Virus record (IMG/VR): IMGVR_UViG_3300049061_000067
Location: 9-64,008 of that record
Length of the DNA stretch: 64,000 nucleotides
DNA from: a virus
Strand: one strand, 5' to 3'
Shown here: positions 19,467 through 27,113 of the stretch, one piece after another
Position numbering within the stretch: position 1 is the stretch's first letter
Layout of the letters: each line of letters opens with the position of its first letter
Made by a program: the position numbers and the translations under genes
The notes under the pieces: generated by a model
What the model was told of the DNA's origin: nothing
The model's input: the letters and a program-made list of their open reading frames with translations, nothing else
The model's database searches: none

Positions 19467-19908
19467 TCAGATTCCATCCCAACTTACGTCCGTTCAAAAC
19501 AAAGCCCCTGATATTTAGGTTTTTAGAAATCTCAAGATGTAGTAAAAGCTCCGCCTGTCTTCCGTACTCGTCATGGAAACTCGCATGCTCGTTATTAGTT
19601 AGATTCCTGCGAACATAATTCCAATCCGGATGTTCAGCACCTTTGGGTAGGGAGACTTCGCAGCCGCAGCAACCGTAAAACGTAAACACCAGTGGACAGG
19701 TACGAGTACGGATTAAATCCTGTTTCCACTCCCCCGTCTCATCCATAAGTTGACGGGCAGTCGCATCAAGGAACAATTGACAGAATTCTCTTGCGCAAAG
19801 TGGCTCCCGTGTAAAGGGATTTCCAGCGATTGCCCTTCCCTCTACACAGGCTATTGCTATCAGACCCGCGCTCTTCGCTATTAGATCTCGCCTAGTTATA
19901 TCAGCCAT
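19450..19908 (-). CDS. Hypothetical Cys-rich protein with a Tat-like N-terminus (TRRDLIAKSAGLIAIA)
   Basis: Twin-arginine-like motif followed by a hydrophobic stretch. CCGC cluster. Confidence 0.35.
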   Translation of the reverse strand: MADITRRDLIAKSAGLIAIACVEGRAIAGNPFTREPLCAREFCQLFLDATARQLMDETGEWKQDLIRTRTCPLVFTFYGCCGCEVSLPKGAEHPDWNYVRRNLTNNEHASFHDEYGRQAELLLHLEISKNLNIRGFVLNGRKLGWNLSVGHA

Positions 19909-20188
19909 TGAGCTTTAACCTTTCTTTCAACACCGCCGCCTTTGCCGGACAAACCCGCCGTGGCATCAGATTACCACAGTACTCGCAGAGCATCAGGCTG
20001 TAACTGATATTGAATCCCCTGCCGCTCTGGAATCCGCGCCCATCGTCAGGATGTCTGCCACGCCCGCTTGCACGCTGGCGAGTCATGTAGCATTCCAGTT
20101 GCGAGGCGTCTAACCCGTTGGCGCGAACCAGATCAAGTAGCGCGCGCTCTTCAGATGCAAGCAGAGGTTGCAGGGCTTGGTTCGTCAA
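19901..20188 (-). CDS. Hypothetical protein
   Basis: ORF track. Overlapping, coupled start. Confidence 0.35.
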   Translation of the reverse strand: MTNQALQPLLASEERALLDLVRANGLDASQLECYMTRQRASGRGRHPDDGRGFQSGRGFNISYSLMLCEYCGNLMPRRVCPAKAAVLKERLKLNG

Positions 20189-20502
20189 AGGTTCCGATCT
20201 TCTCTAAAGTTTTTCAGCACACCCGTACGGTATCTCTCCTGATTTCGCTGCTCGGTAATTACCGGACATATTGCTTCACCTACGGCGGGACTCTTAACCA
20301 CTTCTTCACCAAACTCTGTAACTTCGTAGAGATGCTCACGGAAAAGGTGAATACCGGGAACATCGTAGTCCGTGTTTAACTCTGCCCGCATTAATTCAGG
20401 TGACGGGTAGTAAAGCAGCGTGTTATCCGACTTGCGTAACCATACGTTACATTGCGCACAGTATCCGCCGTAATACCTTAGCTTCACGCTATTTCCTTCC
20501 AT
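20185..20502 (-). CDS. Hypothetical protein
   Basis: ORF track. Confidence 0.35.
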   Translation of the reverse strand: MEGNSVKLRYYGGYCAQCNVWLRKSDNTLLYYPSPELMRAELNTDYDVPGIHLFREHLYEVTEFGEEVVKSPAVGEAICPVITEQRNQERYRTGVLKNFREDRNL

Positions 20503-21260
20503 TCATGATTGCGGCGTCGATGGTGGCTGAACAGGATTGGATAACTGTCAGACGCATACTCCGGCAGCTTCTCGTAAACAAACGCACCATTGTTGTACGA
20601 AGCGGGCCAATAATGCAAAGTTAGACCATTGCGATACGCCATTGTTGTCAGGATTGCCTGATCATGCCGATGCTCGCGGAACTCAGGATGGTTAGGCGCA
20701 CGGCTTGGCGAGTCGTCTATCAGTCTACCACCCTCAAACAGGCACCACTTGAGCCATTCCTTTACAAACGCACGAGAGTAGTCAGAGACACGGAAGAAGA
20801 TCACGCTGGCTTGGCATTGCTTGCCGAAGCGCTCCCAGCTTAATTCATTGCCGTCGACGTCGCGCGCGTTGGTCCACGGCCAGATCGCGTCAATAACATC
20901 CCGCTTGCACCAGTGTGCGTGCTTCCAGTTGTTACCGAACAGGAAGATGTCCTGGTCCATGCGGTTGATGATGTGAGAGACAGGAGCGATGAACTCGATA
21001 CCAGCGTCGGCGTAGACAACAACGTCGTTAGATTTGGCGTATTGAAGTGTGTAGCCTATCAACTCAGCCTTCCACGCCCAATAGCCAAATCCTCTCGGCT
21101 TGTCGAACAGAACCTTGTTTTCGTAGTAGCACTTCAGCCTTTTGAATGATTCCCACGTCCACACGGCACGACGGTCAATCCCCTGAGCGACTGCGCTTAA
21201 GGCGCACACCTCCCGTGCGCGACTCATGCCGTCGTCTGACATGGTAACGATCCATTTCAT
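20484..21260 (-). CDS. Putative glycosyltransferase (GT32 / Caps_synth-like, DxD type)
   Basis: VVVYADAGIEF motif and overall resemblance to sugar-binding glycosyltransferases of capsule-synthesis type. Confidence 0.45.
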   Translation of the reverse strand: MKWIVTMSDDGMSRAREVCALSAVAQGIDRRAVWTWESFKRLKCYYENKVLFDKPRGFGYWAWKAELIGYTLQYAKSNDVVVYADAGIEFIAPVSHIINRMDQDIFLFGNNWKHAHWCKRDVIDAIWPWTNARDVDGNELSWERFGKQCQASVIFFRVSDYSRAFVKEWLKWCLFEGGRLIDDSPSRAPNHPEFREHRHDQAILTTMAYRNGLTLHYWPASYNNGAFVYEKLPEYASDSYPILFSHHRRRNHEWKEIA

Positions 21261-21418
21261 CTCAATCTCCCATCACGTCCGCGTAGCGGCGGTGCGCACT
21301 TAGTACACAATGGGCAATGCCGCTGATCGCATTTAGAATTGTGGCAACTCATACAGCCGTGCGGTCTAACTATTTCTCGTCTAACTCTTTCTCGCTTCTC
21401 ATGTTTTGGCTGTCTCAT
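21257..21418 (-). CDS. Micro-ORF, 53 aa, 6-Cys peptide (C-x2-C-x4-C ... C-x2-C-x2-C)
   Basis: ATGA overlap at both ends: the upstream TM ORF stop and the downstream GT start. Below the ORF-track cutoff. Confidence 0.35.
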   Translation of the reverse strand: MRQPKHEKRERVRREIVRPHGCMSCHNSKCDQRHCPLCTKCAPPLRGRDGRLR

Positions 21419-21597
21419 GATCTCAGCCTCGCGTCTGACGCCTCAATCTCTGCGTACCATCGCCTGTATTCCTCGCGTGCAATCAGTGTCGCGTCAACCT
21501 CGCGCTGCTCTTTGCGACGAAGAACTGGTCCCACGACTAGGGCAATCAGGCCATAACAAGCCATTACGAATAGCGCTATCTGTGTTCCCGCTGTCAT
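21415..21597 (-). CDS. Small single-TM membrane protein (60 aa)
   Basis: ORF track. ATGA overlap with the GT25 gene stop. Confidence 0.4.
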   Translation of the reverse strand: MTAGTQIALFVMACYGLIALVVGPVLRRKEQREVDATLIAREEYRRWYAEIEASDARLRS

Positions 21598-22208
21598 CTC
21601 AGCCTTGCCTCCGACAACTCGAATATTTCCGTGTAATCATCAACCTCGTTACGTTGCCAGAGACTACTAACACGCGGCCTCTGCCACGCTACCATTGGTG
21701 CTACCACGAAAGCATTCAACTCAGGCAGCAGGTCACTCAGCGCGTTATCAAACATCTGTGCGCTAAATTCCGGCTGGTGCTCCAGTATACGTCTGACACA
21801 TGACTTGTGATAAGCAATTGCATGCGTGGTCCATGCGGCGCGTACTCGCCACAGGTGGTTGCTGAAACGCTCCGGGGCGGGCTCGCCATTGTTCCAGCAG
21901 ACCAGGTTTGCACCCAAGTAGAGGATATCCCAGTCGGCAGGGAGTTCGCTGATTGCTTGCGGCAGGTGGTTTAAGTCACGAAATACAACATCATCTTCAA
22001 GATGCAGCAGGCGATTATCGTCGGAGAACAGGAAGTCAAGCAGAATGTTGCGCTCGCTGTGGTTGAATGATTGATGTGGACCGATCTCTTTCACGGCATT
22101 GTACTTTTCCACGGTTAGGCCCACACGCTGGAATTCGGCGCATGCCTTGAGCCACTCGCCAGGGTTGGCAGTGAGACAGACACGGCGCTGGAAGAATGAC
22201 CAGTTCAC
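21594..22208 (-). CDS. GT25-family glycosyltransferase (LPS/LOS beta-1,4-galactosyltransferase-like)
   Basis: Resemblance to the GT25 (Lic2B-like) N-terminal region ...HLEDDVVF...DILYLG. Confidence 0.5.
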   Translation of the reverse strand: MNWSFFQRRVCLTANPGEWLKACAEFQRVGLTVEKYNAVKEIGPHQSFNHSERNILLDFLFSDDNRLLHLEDDVVFRDLNHLPQAISELPADWDILYLGANLVCWNNGEPAPERFSNHLWRVRAAWTTHAIAYHKSCVRRILEHQPEFSAQMFDNALSDLLPELNAFVVAPMVAWQRPRVSSLWQRNEVDDYTEIFELSEARLR

Positions 22209-22338
22209 TTACCACCTGCTTGTTCCTTGGACCACCCGCTGCTTCACGCTCAGCCACGGGTATTGCTGAGACGCAAAGCTGTAATGGTCCAAGGTGGCCA
22301 AAAGTTAGACCGCTAGTCCCACGCCTCCCCTGACGCAA

Positions 22339-22563
22339 TCATGCGCAAGGTTCGCTATTTCCCTTCATCGCTTCATTAATAACGTTAGTAGTTAATTTAT
22401 CAAGCAGAAATTGAAACCGACCGGAGCTACCCGTAGTTAACAGCACAACAGCCTCACAGGTTTTAAGTTCATCACCGGCCTCAATACACATAATTAATTC
22501 AGGGATCTCCGCTTCTAACCTTCGTAGATCACGTATTAAGGCTTGGCGTCTCTCCAGTCGCAT
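22339..22563 (-). CDS. Hypothetical protein
   Basis: ORF track. Confidence 0.35.
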   Translation of the reverse strand: MRLERRQALIRDLRRLEAEIPELIMCIEAGDELKTCEAVVLLTTGSSGRFQFLLDKLTTNVINEAMKGNSEPCA

Positions 22564-22832
22564 CCATACTCTCCGATCTTACGTTCTAGCAGGATTATTT
22601 GTCGCAGCCATGTCCGACTAGCTACAGGCCCGGGTCCACAAAAATCATCTCTGGGCCTGCGTGCTACGACGCTTTTCAGCGTCGGCTGCGAGCTTGGGCA
22701 ACTACTGAGTCATGTACTTGGCGTCCCTTTCCATGCTTGTTCGCGGCCCAAGCCCCTCAACGCAGCACCCTAGTTCAAGAGGGCCTTCACTACCCCTGCC
22801 GCCGAATGCGGCGAGCGCTGCGCTGATCCACA

Positions 22833-23066
22833 CTACTTGTTACAACTGCCGCCGTGACACATGATCAGGCAGCATTCATACTCGGACTGACAGATAGACA
22901 AGCATTCAGCGTTGCCGTTGCACGCTGCCTGACAGGCGTTGCGGTCCGTGATGCAGTGGGCACAGCCTGCCGGAGCGGCTTCCGTGTTGCTGGTGGTCCA
23001 TGCTTGGGTTGGAGTCAGTAACATGACTACAGCAAGCAGCATTAAAGCAAGGGTTCGTTTCATCAT
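22833..23066 (-). CDS. Secreted cysteine-rich peptide (signal peptide plus ~55-aa mature part with 10 Cys)
   Basis: MMKRTLALMLLAVVMLLTPTQAWT signal peptide. Strong RBS AAGGAAAC upstream. Start set at MMKR rather than the ORF-track start. Confidence 0.5.
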   Translation of the reverse strand: MMKRTLALMLLAVVMLLTPTQAWTTSNTEAAPAGCAHCITDRNACQAACNGNAECLSICQSEYECCLIMCHGGSCNK

Positions 23067-23388
23067 TTGAGTTTCCTTTTGGTTTGAGGTTGCGTAACTG
23101 TTACCACTTTTATCAAAGATTAAAGTTGCGGAGCAGGCGTGTGCCAACGCCTCGTTCTTAAGTCCCCACTCCGGCGTTATTTCGCGACCTTGGCTAATGT
23201 CCGTCGCACCTTTCGGAACGGGTTTTCCCCAGCGGCAACCTGTGGAGACCTCCGCAAACTTGTCAAAGATTGAATTGCGCGGGCGCGGTAGTCGAGTGGC
23301 ACTAAGAGGCTAGCATCACGGGAGCCTGCCTACCGTTCCTATCCCGCTGTTTAGTCGCATTGCTGCCGCCCGCGCAAACTTAAAATTG

Positions 23389-23811
23389 TCAATCGCTGCC
23401 AAGACTCTCAACAGCAGCTAACGCAGCGCGACAGATTGCTTCGGGTAGCAACTCGCTTGAATGGCTACCCTCGCATACGTCCAAGTCCACTTGCCAAAAC
23501 TCGACATTCCATAATTGAGCAGCCCAAAGACGCGGCATGAGATCTCGCTCACGCATCCTCTCAACCACCTGCATTGCGGCCGCAATGGATTCACTGTATT
23601 CAGGCACGCATCGCGTTTCTACGGGCTCAATGCCACCTTGCTGACGATAACGCATCTGCTTCCATTCCAGCATCTCTTCGCCGCAGTTCTCGCAAAACCC
23701 TTCACCGTTGTCTGCATGGGCCATATGAGCCATTGCCCGTTCAGCAACAGCCACATCAAGTTCGCGTCCACTCAGTTTTTTCACTGGTTCAATAGTCTTT
23801 TGTCTGTTCAT
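23389..23811 (-). CDS. Hypothetical protein (140 aa)
   Basis: ORF track. Confidence 0.4.
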   Translation of the reverse strand: MNRQKTIEPVKKLSGRELDVAVAERAMAHMAHADNGEGFCENCGEEMLEWKQMRYRQQGGIEPVETRCVPEYSESIAAAMQVVERMRERDLMPRLWAAQLWNVEFWQVDLDVCEGSHSSELLPEAICRAALAAVESLGSD

Positions 23812-23960
23812 TACTGCCTGCCCTCAAGCACCGCAACACGGCGCTGGAGGTCGCGGATTTCTGAATCTTTTATGGAAAACAATATGCTAGTCACTATTGC
23901 TATCATAAAAAGTAGTACCAGCAAAAACCTGATGTCGCCACCATATCCTCGCTCGCTCAT
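23811..23960 (-). CDS. Micro-membrane protein, 49 aa (single TM plus coiled tail)
   Basis: TAATG overlap with the downstream gene. Below the ORF-track cutoff. Confidence 0.3.
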   Translation of the reverse strand: MSERGYGGDIRFLLVLLFMIAIVTSILFSIKDSEIRDLQRRVAVLEGRQ

Positions 23961-24105
23961 TGCTCAAGTTTCCCTTCGCGGACAGTCCGTTTCTTCCGAC
24001 GATGCCTTTCCTGTGTAGCAATCCAGTAACCGAATGCGCCAGCCGCGAAGAAAAGTATAAAGTCAAAGTATGAGGTCAGTAACAATGTCCGTCACTTGTC
24101 GCCTT

Positions 24106-24270
24106 TCAACCGCGCCGAAGGTTTTTCCGCACTCGCTCTCGTTGCTCATCAAAATCGCGCTCCATACGGCGAAATCTTCGATAGGCAAGTACGCCGCCAA
24201 CGAGATTCGCGGCTACGAGCAAGATAACTACGCCCGCTATTAGATACCAGATCCATGTTGGCACGCTCAT
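24106..24270 (-). CDS. Micro-membrane protein, 54 aa (single TM plus basic tail)
   Basis: MSVPTWIWYLIAGVVILLVAANLVGGVLAYRRFRRMERDFDEQRERVRKNLRRG. Below the ORF-track cutoff. Confidence 0.3.
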   Translation of the reverse strand: MSVPTWIWYLIAGVVILLVAANLVGGVLAYRRFRRMERDFDEQRERVRKNLRRG

Positions 24271-24497
24271 CACCCGCCCTTTCCCTGCACGCCCGGCCTA
24301 CCTATTATTAACAATATGAACATGGGCCAAGTTACAAATTTCTGTCTTAAGCGGCGTCGGTGGATCGCTATGGGGAAAATCTTTACAGATCTTACAGCGC
24401 TCGCATTCCCACTTGTCCCATGCGTAAGTCGGGTAATGCTCAATCAGCACTCGCCAACGATGGTTACAGGTCTTTACTGTGCCACCTAATTTTCTGA

Positions 24498-24794
24498 TTA
24501 ACCACTGCTTAAATGCCGCCACCTTTCTGGCCCCTTCCCCTGCGTGCTGTTGAGGTACGATGATTCCAATTCCGCCATTGTCCGCTTGTGGTCCAAGTCC
24601 ATTTGTAAGCGCCACGCTTTCATAACCGCAGATCGACCTGCGTAATTACCAAAGTAAGCACCAACTGCCATGCCTGCGAGGATTCCTATGGCACTGTGCC
24701 AGACTATTGTAAGGGCGAATAGTAACAGGATAGCTATAGACCATTTCAGCGGATGCGGGACTACGTTCAAGCAGAGCTCGGACCTTTTCATCAA
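24498..24794 (-). CDS. Membrane protein (98 aa, 2 TM)
   Basis: ORF track. Hydrophobic segments WSIAILLLFALTIVW and AIGILAGMAVGAYFG. Confidence 0.4.
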   Translation of the reverse strand: MMKRSELCLNVVPHPLKWSIAILLLFALTIVWHSAIGILAGMAVGAYFGNYAGRSAVMKAWRLQMDLDHKRTMAELESSYLNSTQGKGPERWRHLSSG

Positions 24795-24853
24795 ATCCCA
24801 CGTGGCTGTTTACGGTAAAAGCGCTCATTTTTGCCCTCGCGTGCTGTTGGTGG

Positions 24854-25045
24854 TCACATCAATTCTTCATCAGACGCCGATATAGCACAAGAAACAGATC
24901 TGGCTCGCTCCTGTTTAACGTACCGTTCTACCGCAATTACTATCTCCGCGCTCACTGTACGCCGATTTGTTTCCGCCAGTTTCTTAATGCCGTTGAGCAC
25001 CTTGACGGGGAAATAGATGTGCATGTCCTTGATCTCTCGCTTCAT
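24854..25045 (-). CDS. Ribbon-helix-helix (Arc/MetJ/CopG-like) DNA-binding protein
   Basis: MKREIKDMHIYFPVKVLNGIKKLAETNRRTVSAEIVIAVERYV is a typical RHH beta-strand plus two helices. Confidence 0.55.
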   Translation of the reverse strand: MKREIKDMHIYFPVKVLNGIKKLAETNRRTVSAEIVIAVERYVKQERARSVSCAISASDEELM

Positions 25046-25109
25046 GGGATGAGAATGTAGTACAGAGGGATTGACATGTCAAGTAGTTGTCAAGTAGGAT
25101 TTATAACCA
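25046..25109. promoter_or_regulatory. Divergent promoter/operator region. Contains the 12-bp perfect palindrome TTGACATGTCAA, a tandem TGTCAAGTAG repeat and an 18-bp spacer to TAGGAT.
   Basis: Seen directly. Both -35 hexamers are halves of the palindrome. Confidence 0.45.
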
Positions 25110-25423
25110 TGAGAGCATTACACGCTATTGAAGAGTGCGCTTTTGAGCCTGAGTCGGCGGAAATCCGCTGCGTGGACTGTGGTAAACCAACAGGCGAGAT
25201 GGGCACCTGTCAGGATGTCGGGTTCTGCGCCAAGTGTCGAACTGTTTACGTGTCGGAGCCAAGCATTGGGGAAGCTGGGTTCAGCGAGATGTTGATCGCT
25301 ATGATTGAAGGTCGTAGATATAACAGCAGATACAAGCCCCGTCGTGTGCTTCATCTTTCTGTTAACGGTAGTCCAGTGTGCAGTGTTAAGGGTGGACCCA
25401 CATCCAATGACGACAAACAATAG
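25109..25423 (+). CDS. Hypothetical Zn-binding-like protein (C-x2-C ... C-x2-C)
   Basis: ORF track frame. Start set at the ATG after the TAGGAT -10 element. Confidence 0.4.
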   Translation: MRALHAIEECAFEPESAEIRCVDCGKPTGEMGTCQDVGFCAKCRTVYVSEPSIGEAGFSEMLIAMIEGRRYNSRYKPRRVLHLSVNGSPVCSVKGGPTSNDDKQ

Positions 25424-25432
25424 CGAGGCCAA

Positions 25433-25750
25433 TTGCAAACGATGCTTAACCAGAGGAGCCGCACACCAATGAAATACGTATTACGCAAGGGCACCAAAAG
25501 TAGATACATTGAAGCACCGTTTAATATCGTAGGCGGGCGATATGAGCTTAGAGAGTTAGCGCAACAAATTCTCACACAGACCGAATCTGAGAACTTTTGT
25601 TATGGCACTCTCTATATCGTTAACCTTGAACTACAAGGCTCACCAAACACTAAACCCACAGAATGGGAAGAATGGGAGGCACGCACCAATGAACACCACT
25701 GCCGCGTTTTACTATTCACTGCGCAAGTCATGGTATCGCAGGATTATTGA
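25433..25750 (+). CDS. Hypothetical protein
   Basis: ORF track. Confidence 0.4.
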   Translation: MQTMLNQRSRTPMKYVLRKGTKSRYIEAPFNIVGGRYELRELAQQILTQTESENFCYGTLYIVNLELQGSPNTKPTEWEEWEARTNEHHCRVLLFTAQVMVSQDY

Positions 25751-25954
25751 TTGGCTGGTGAGATGACGCACAGGGTTACATTCATCGCCAAGCGAGGACC
25801 AGATCACAGCAGAGATGGTCAGTACGGCTGGACTGTTACAGTAGATGGCACAGTCGTTTGCGAAGTCGATAGCGACGAAATGGACATGGCGGACAATGCG
25901 CTTAACCCACTTTGGCAAGCGTTAGGCGTTAGTGTTGAGTTTGATTACGACTAG
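25751..25954 (+). CDS. Hypothetical acidic protein
   Basis: ORF track. Confidence 0.35.
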   Translation: MAGEMTHRVTFIAKRGPDHSRDGQYGWTVTVDGTVVCEVDSDEMDMADNALNPLWQALGVSVEFDYD

Positions 25955-26190
25955 CGACTACCACTCACTGCGCAACAATCATTGGTTGATGTAGACGTGG
26001 GATTAGATTCTTTACCTCTGTTGTCAATCAGCGCCAACGTTCTGATAAACTCCTGCTTTTCTTTTTCGCTAAACCGAGCAGGGAATCCACCGCCCGCAAA
26101 TCGATGGGCGTTTACCGCGTCAACGTGGGCGTACCACGCCCGCTCATACTCAGCGTACTTCCTTACATAGTTCGGCTGTTGTTGGCTCAT
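25951..26190 (-). CDS. Hypothetical protein
   Basis: ORF track. Confidence 0.35.
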   Translation of the reverse strand: MSQQQPNYVRKYAEYERAWYAHVDAVNAHRFAGGGFPARFSEKEKQEFIRTLALIDNRGKESNPTSTSTNDCCAVSGSR

Positions 26191-26225
26191 TTCACAACCT
26201 CACTTCTAAACTTCTAAGATCATCT

Positions 26226-27113
26226 CTATTGATTTATCCAAACGTGAAAGCACCTGCACCAGTCGCCCCCGGCGCACTCGGGATTTGGCGCAGGTTGTAG
26301 ATCGTCTTCGTTAGTCGCCGTCTTGCCATCTTCATCTGCGCATGGCTGACAAACGTTCTGGTCTAACAGCGCACTGTACTCCACGCGCTCCCACTCATCA
26401 CGGCGGTTTTCGGCTTCGTCGCTGCGACCAATGCTGATAACACGATTAGCCAGCCCTGTAGCCGCACGGTCGATATAGCCGACTGAGCCGGTAGCAATCT
26501 CGCTGGTGACAGCAGCAATCAGCGCTGCGCCTGTCAGACCCAACAGCGAGTGACGCGCGGCGGCGGCGATAATGCGTGATTGCACGTCGTTGGTAACGCG
26601 GCTGGTGGTGAGATCGGTGAGCAGGTCAAGCTCGTCAAAGTCGTCTGCGTCAGGCGCGTCAGCCTTCTGGCCCAACTCGGCAGCCACCAGCATGCGTCCC
26701 TGTCGATGCACCGCCACAAGCTGCTTGCTTAGGTCCGTGCGCATCGCGTCAGGCACCTGCAACACCAACTCGTGATAGTCAGCAGGCTTCACTTTCCTGA
26801 TGCGTTTCAACCCGTTCGTGACTAGCTCGCTGCGCAGGTCCAGCAGCACTTTGCCAATGGACTCTTTGGCTGACTCCTGTGCCTGAGCAACGCCCTTGAC
26901 GGCAATCTTCTCGTGCTCTTTAGGCTCACGGCTAAGCGTTAGACCGTCGTAGTCGAAGGACTTGCGCTCGAGGTGGTTCAAGCCAAGGTGAGTGTAGAAG
27001 GCGGTGGCTTTAGCTTCGCCGTGTGTGTCGATAGCCTGCTGCCAGCCATGTGCCAAGCGCAAGGCAGTTGCCGCTTCAAGTTTGAGTTGTAGTACTTTAG
27101 CTTGCAGGCTCAC
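26226..27113 (-). CDS. Head morphogenesis protein (Mu gpF / SPP1 gp7 family)
   Basis: Position downstream of the portal gene. ~295 aa with a conserved C-terminal Cys cluster (CQPCADEDG...CAGGDWCRC), typical of the family. Confidence 0.6.
   Translation of the reverse strand: MSLQAKVLQLKLEAATALRLAHGWQQAIDTHGEAKATAFYTHLGLNHLERKSFDYDGLTLSREPKEHEKIAVKGVAQAQESAKESIGKVLLDLRSELVTNGLKRIRKVKPADYHELVLQVPDAMRTDLSKQLVAVHRQGRMLVAAELGQKADAPDADDFDELDLLTDLTTSRVTNDVQSRIIAAAARHSLLGLTGAALIAAVTSEIATGSVGYIDRAATGLANRVISIGRSDEAENRRDEWERVEYSALLDQNVCQPCADEDGKTATNEDDLQPAPNPECAGGDWCRCFHVWINQ

Noticed and set aside
24298-24615. 105-aa ORF overlapping 24498-24794 by 118 nt
   Set aside because: Two frames cannot both be fully coding over that stretch. 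The membrane-protein frame is more convincing. The 24298 ORF probably starts at an internal codon if it is real. Kept out of the confident set.
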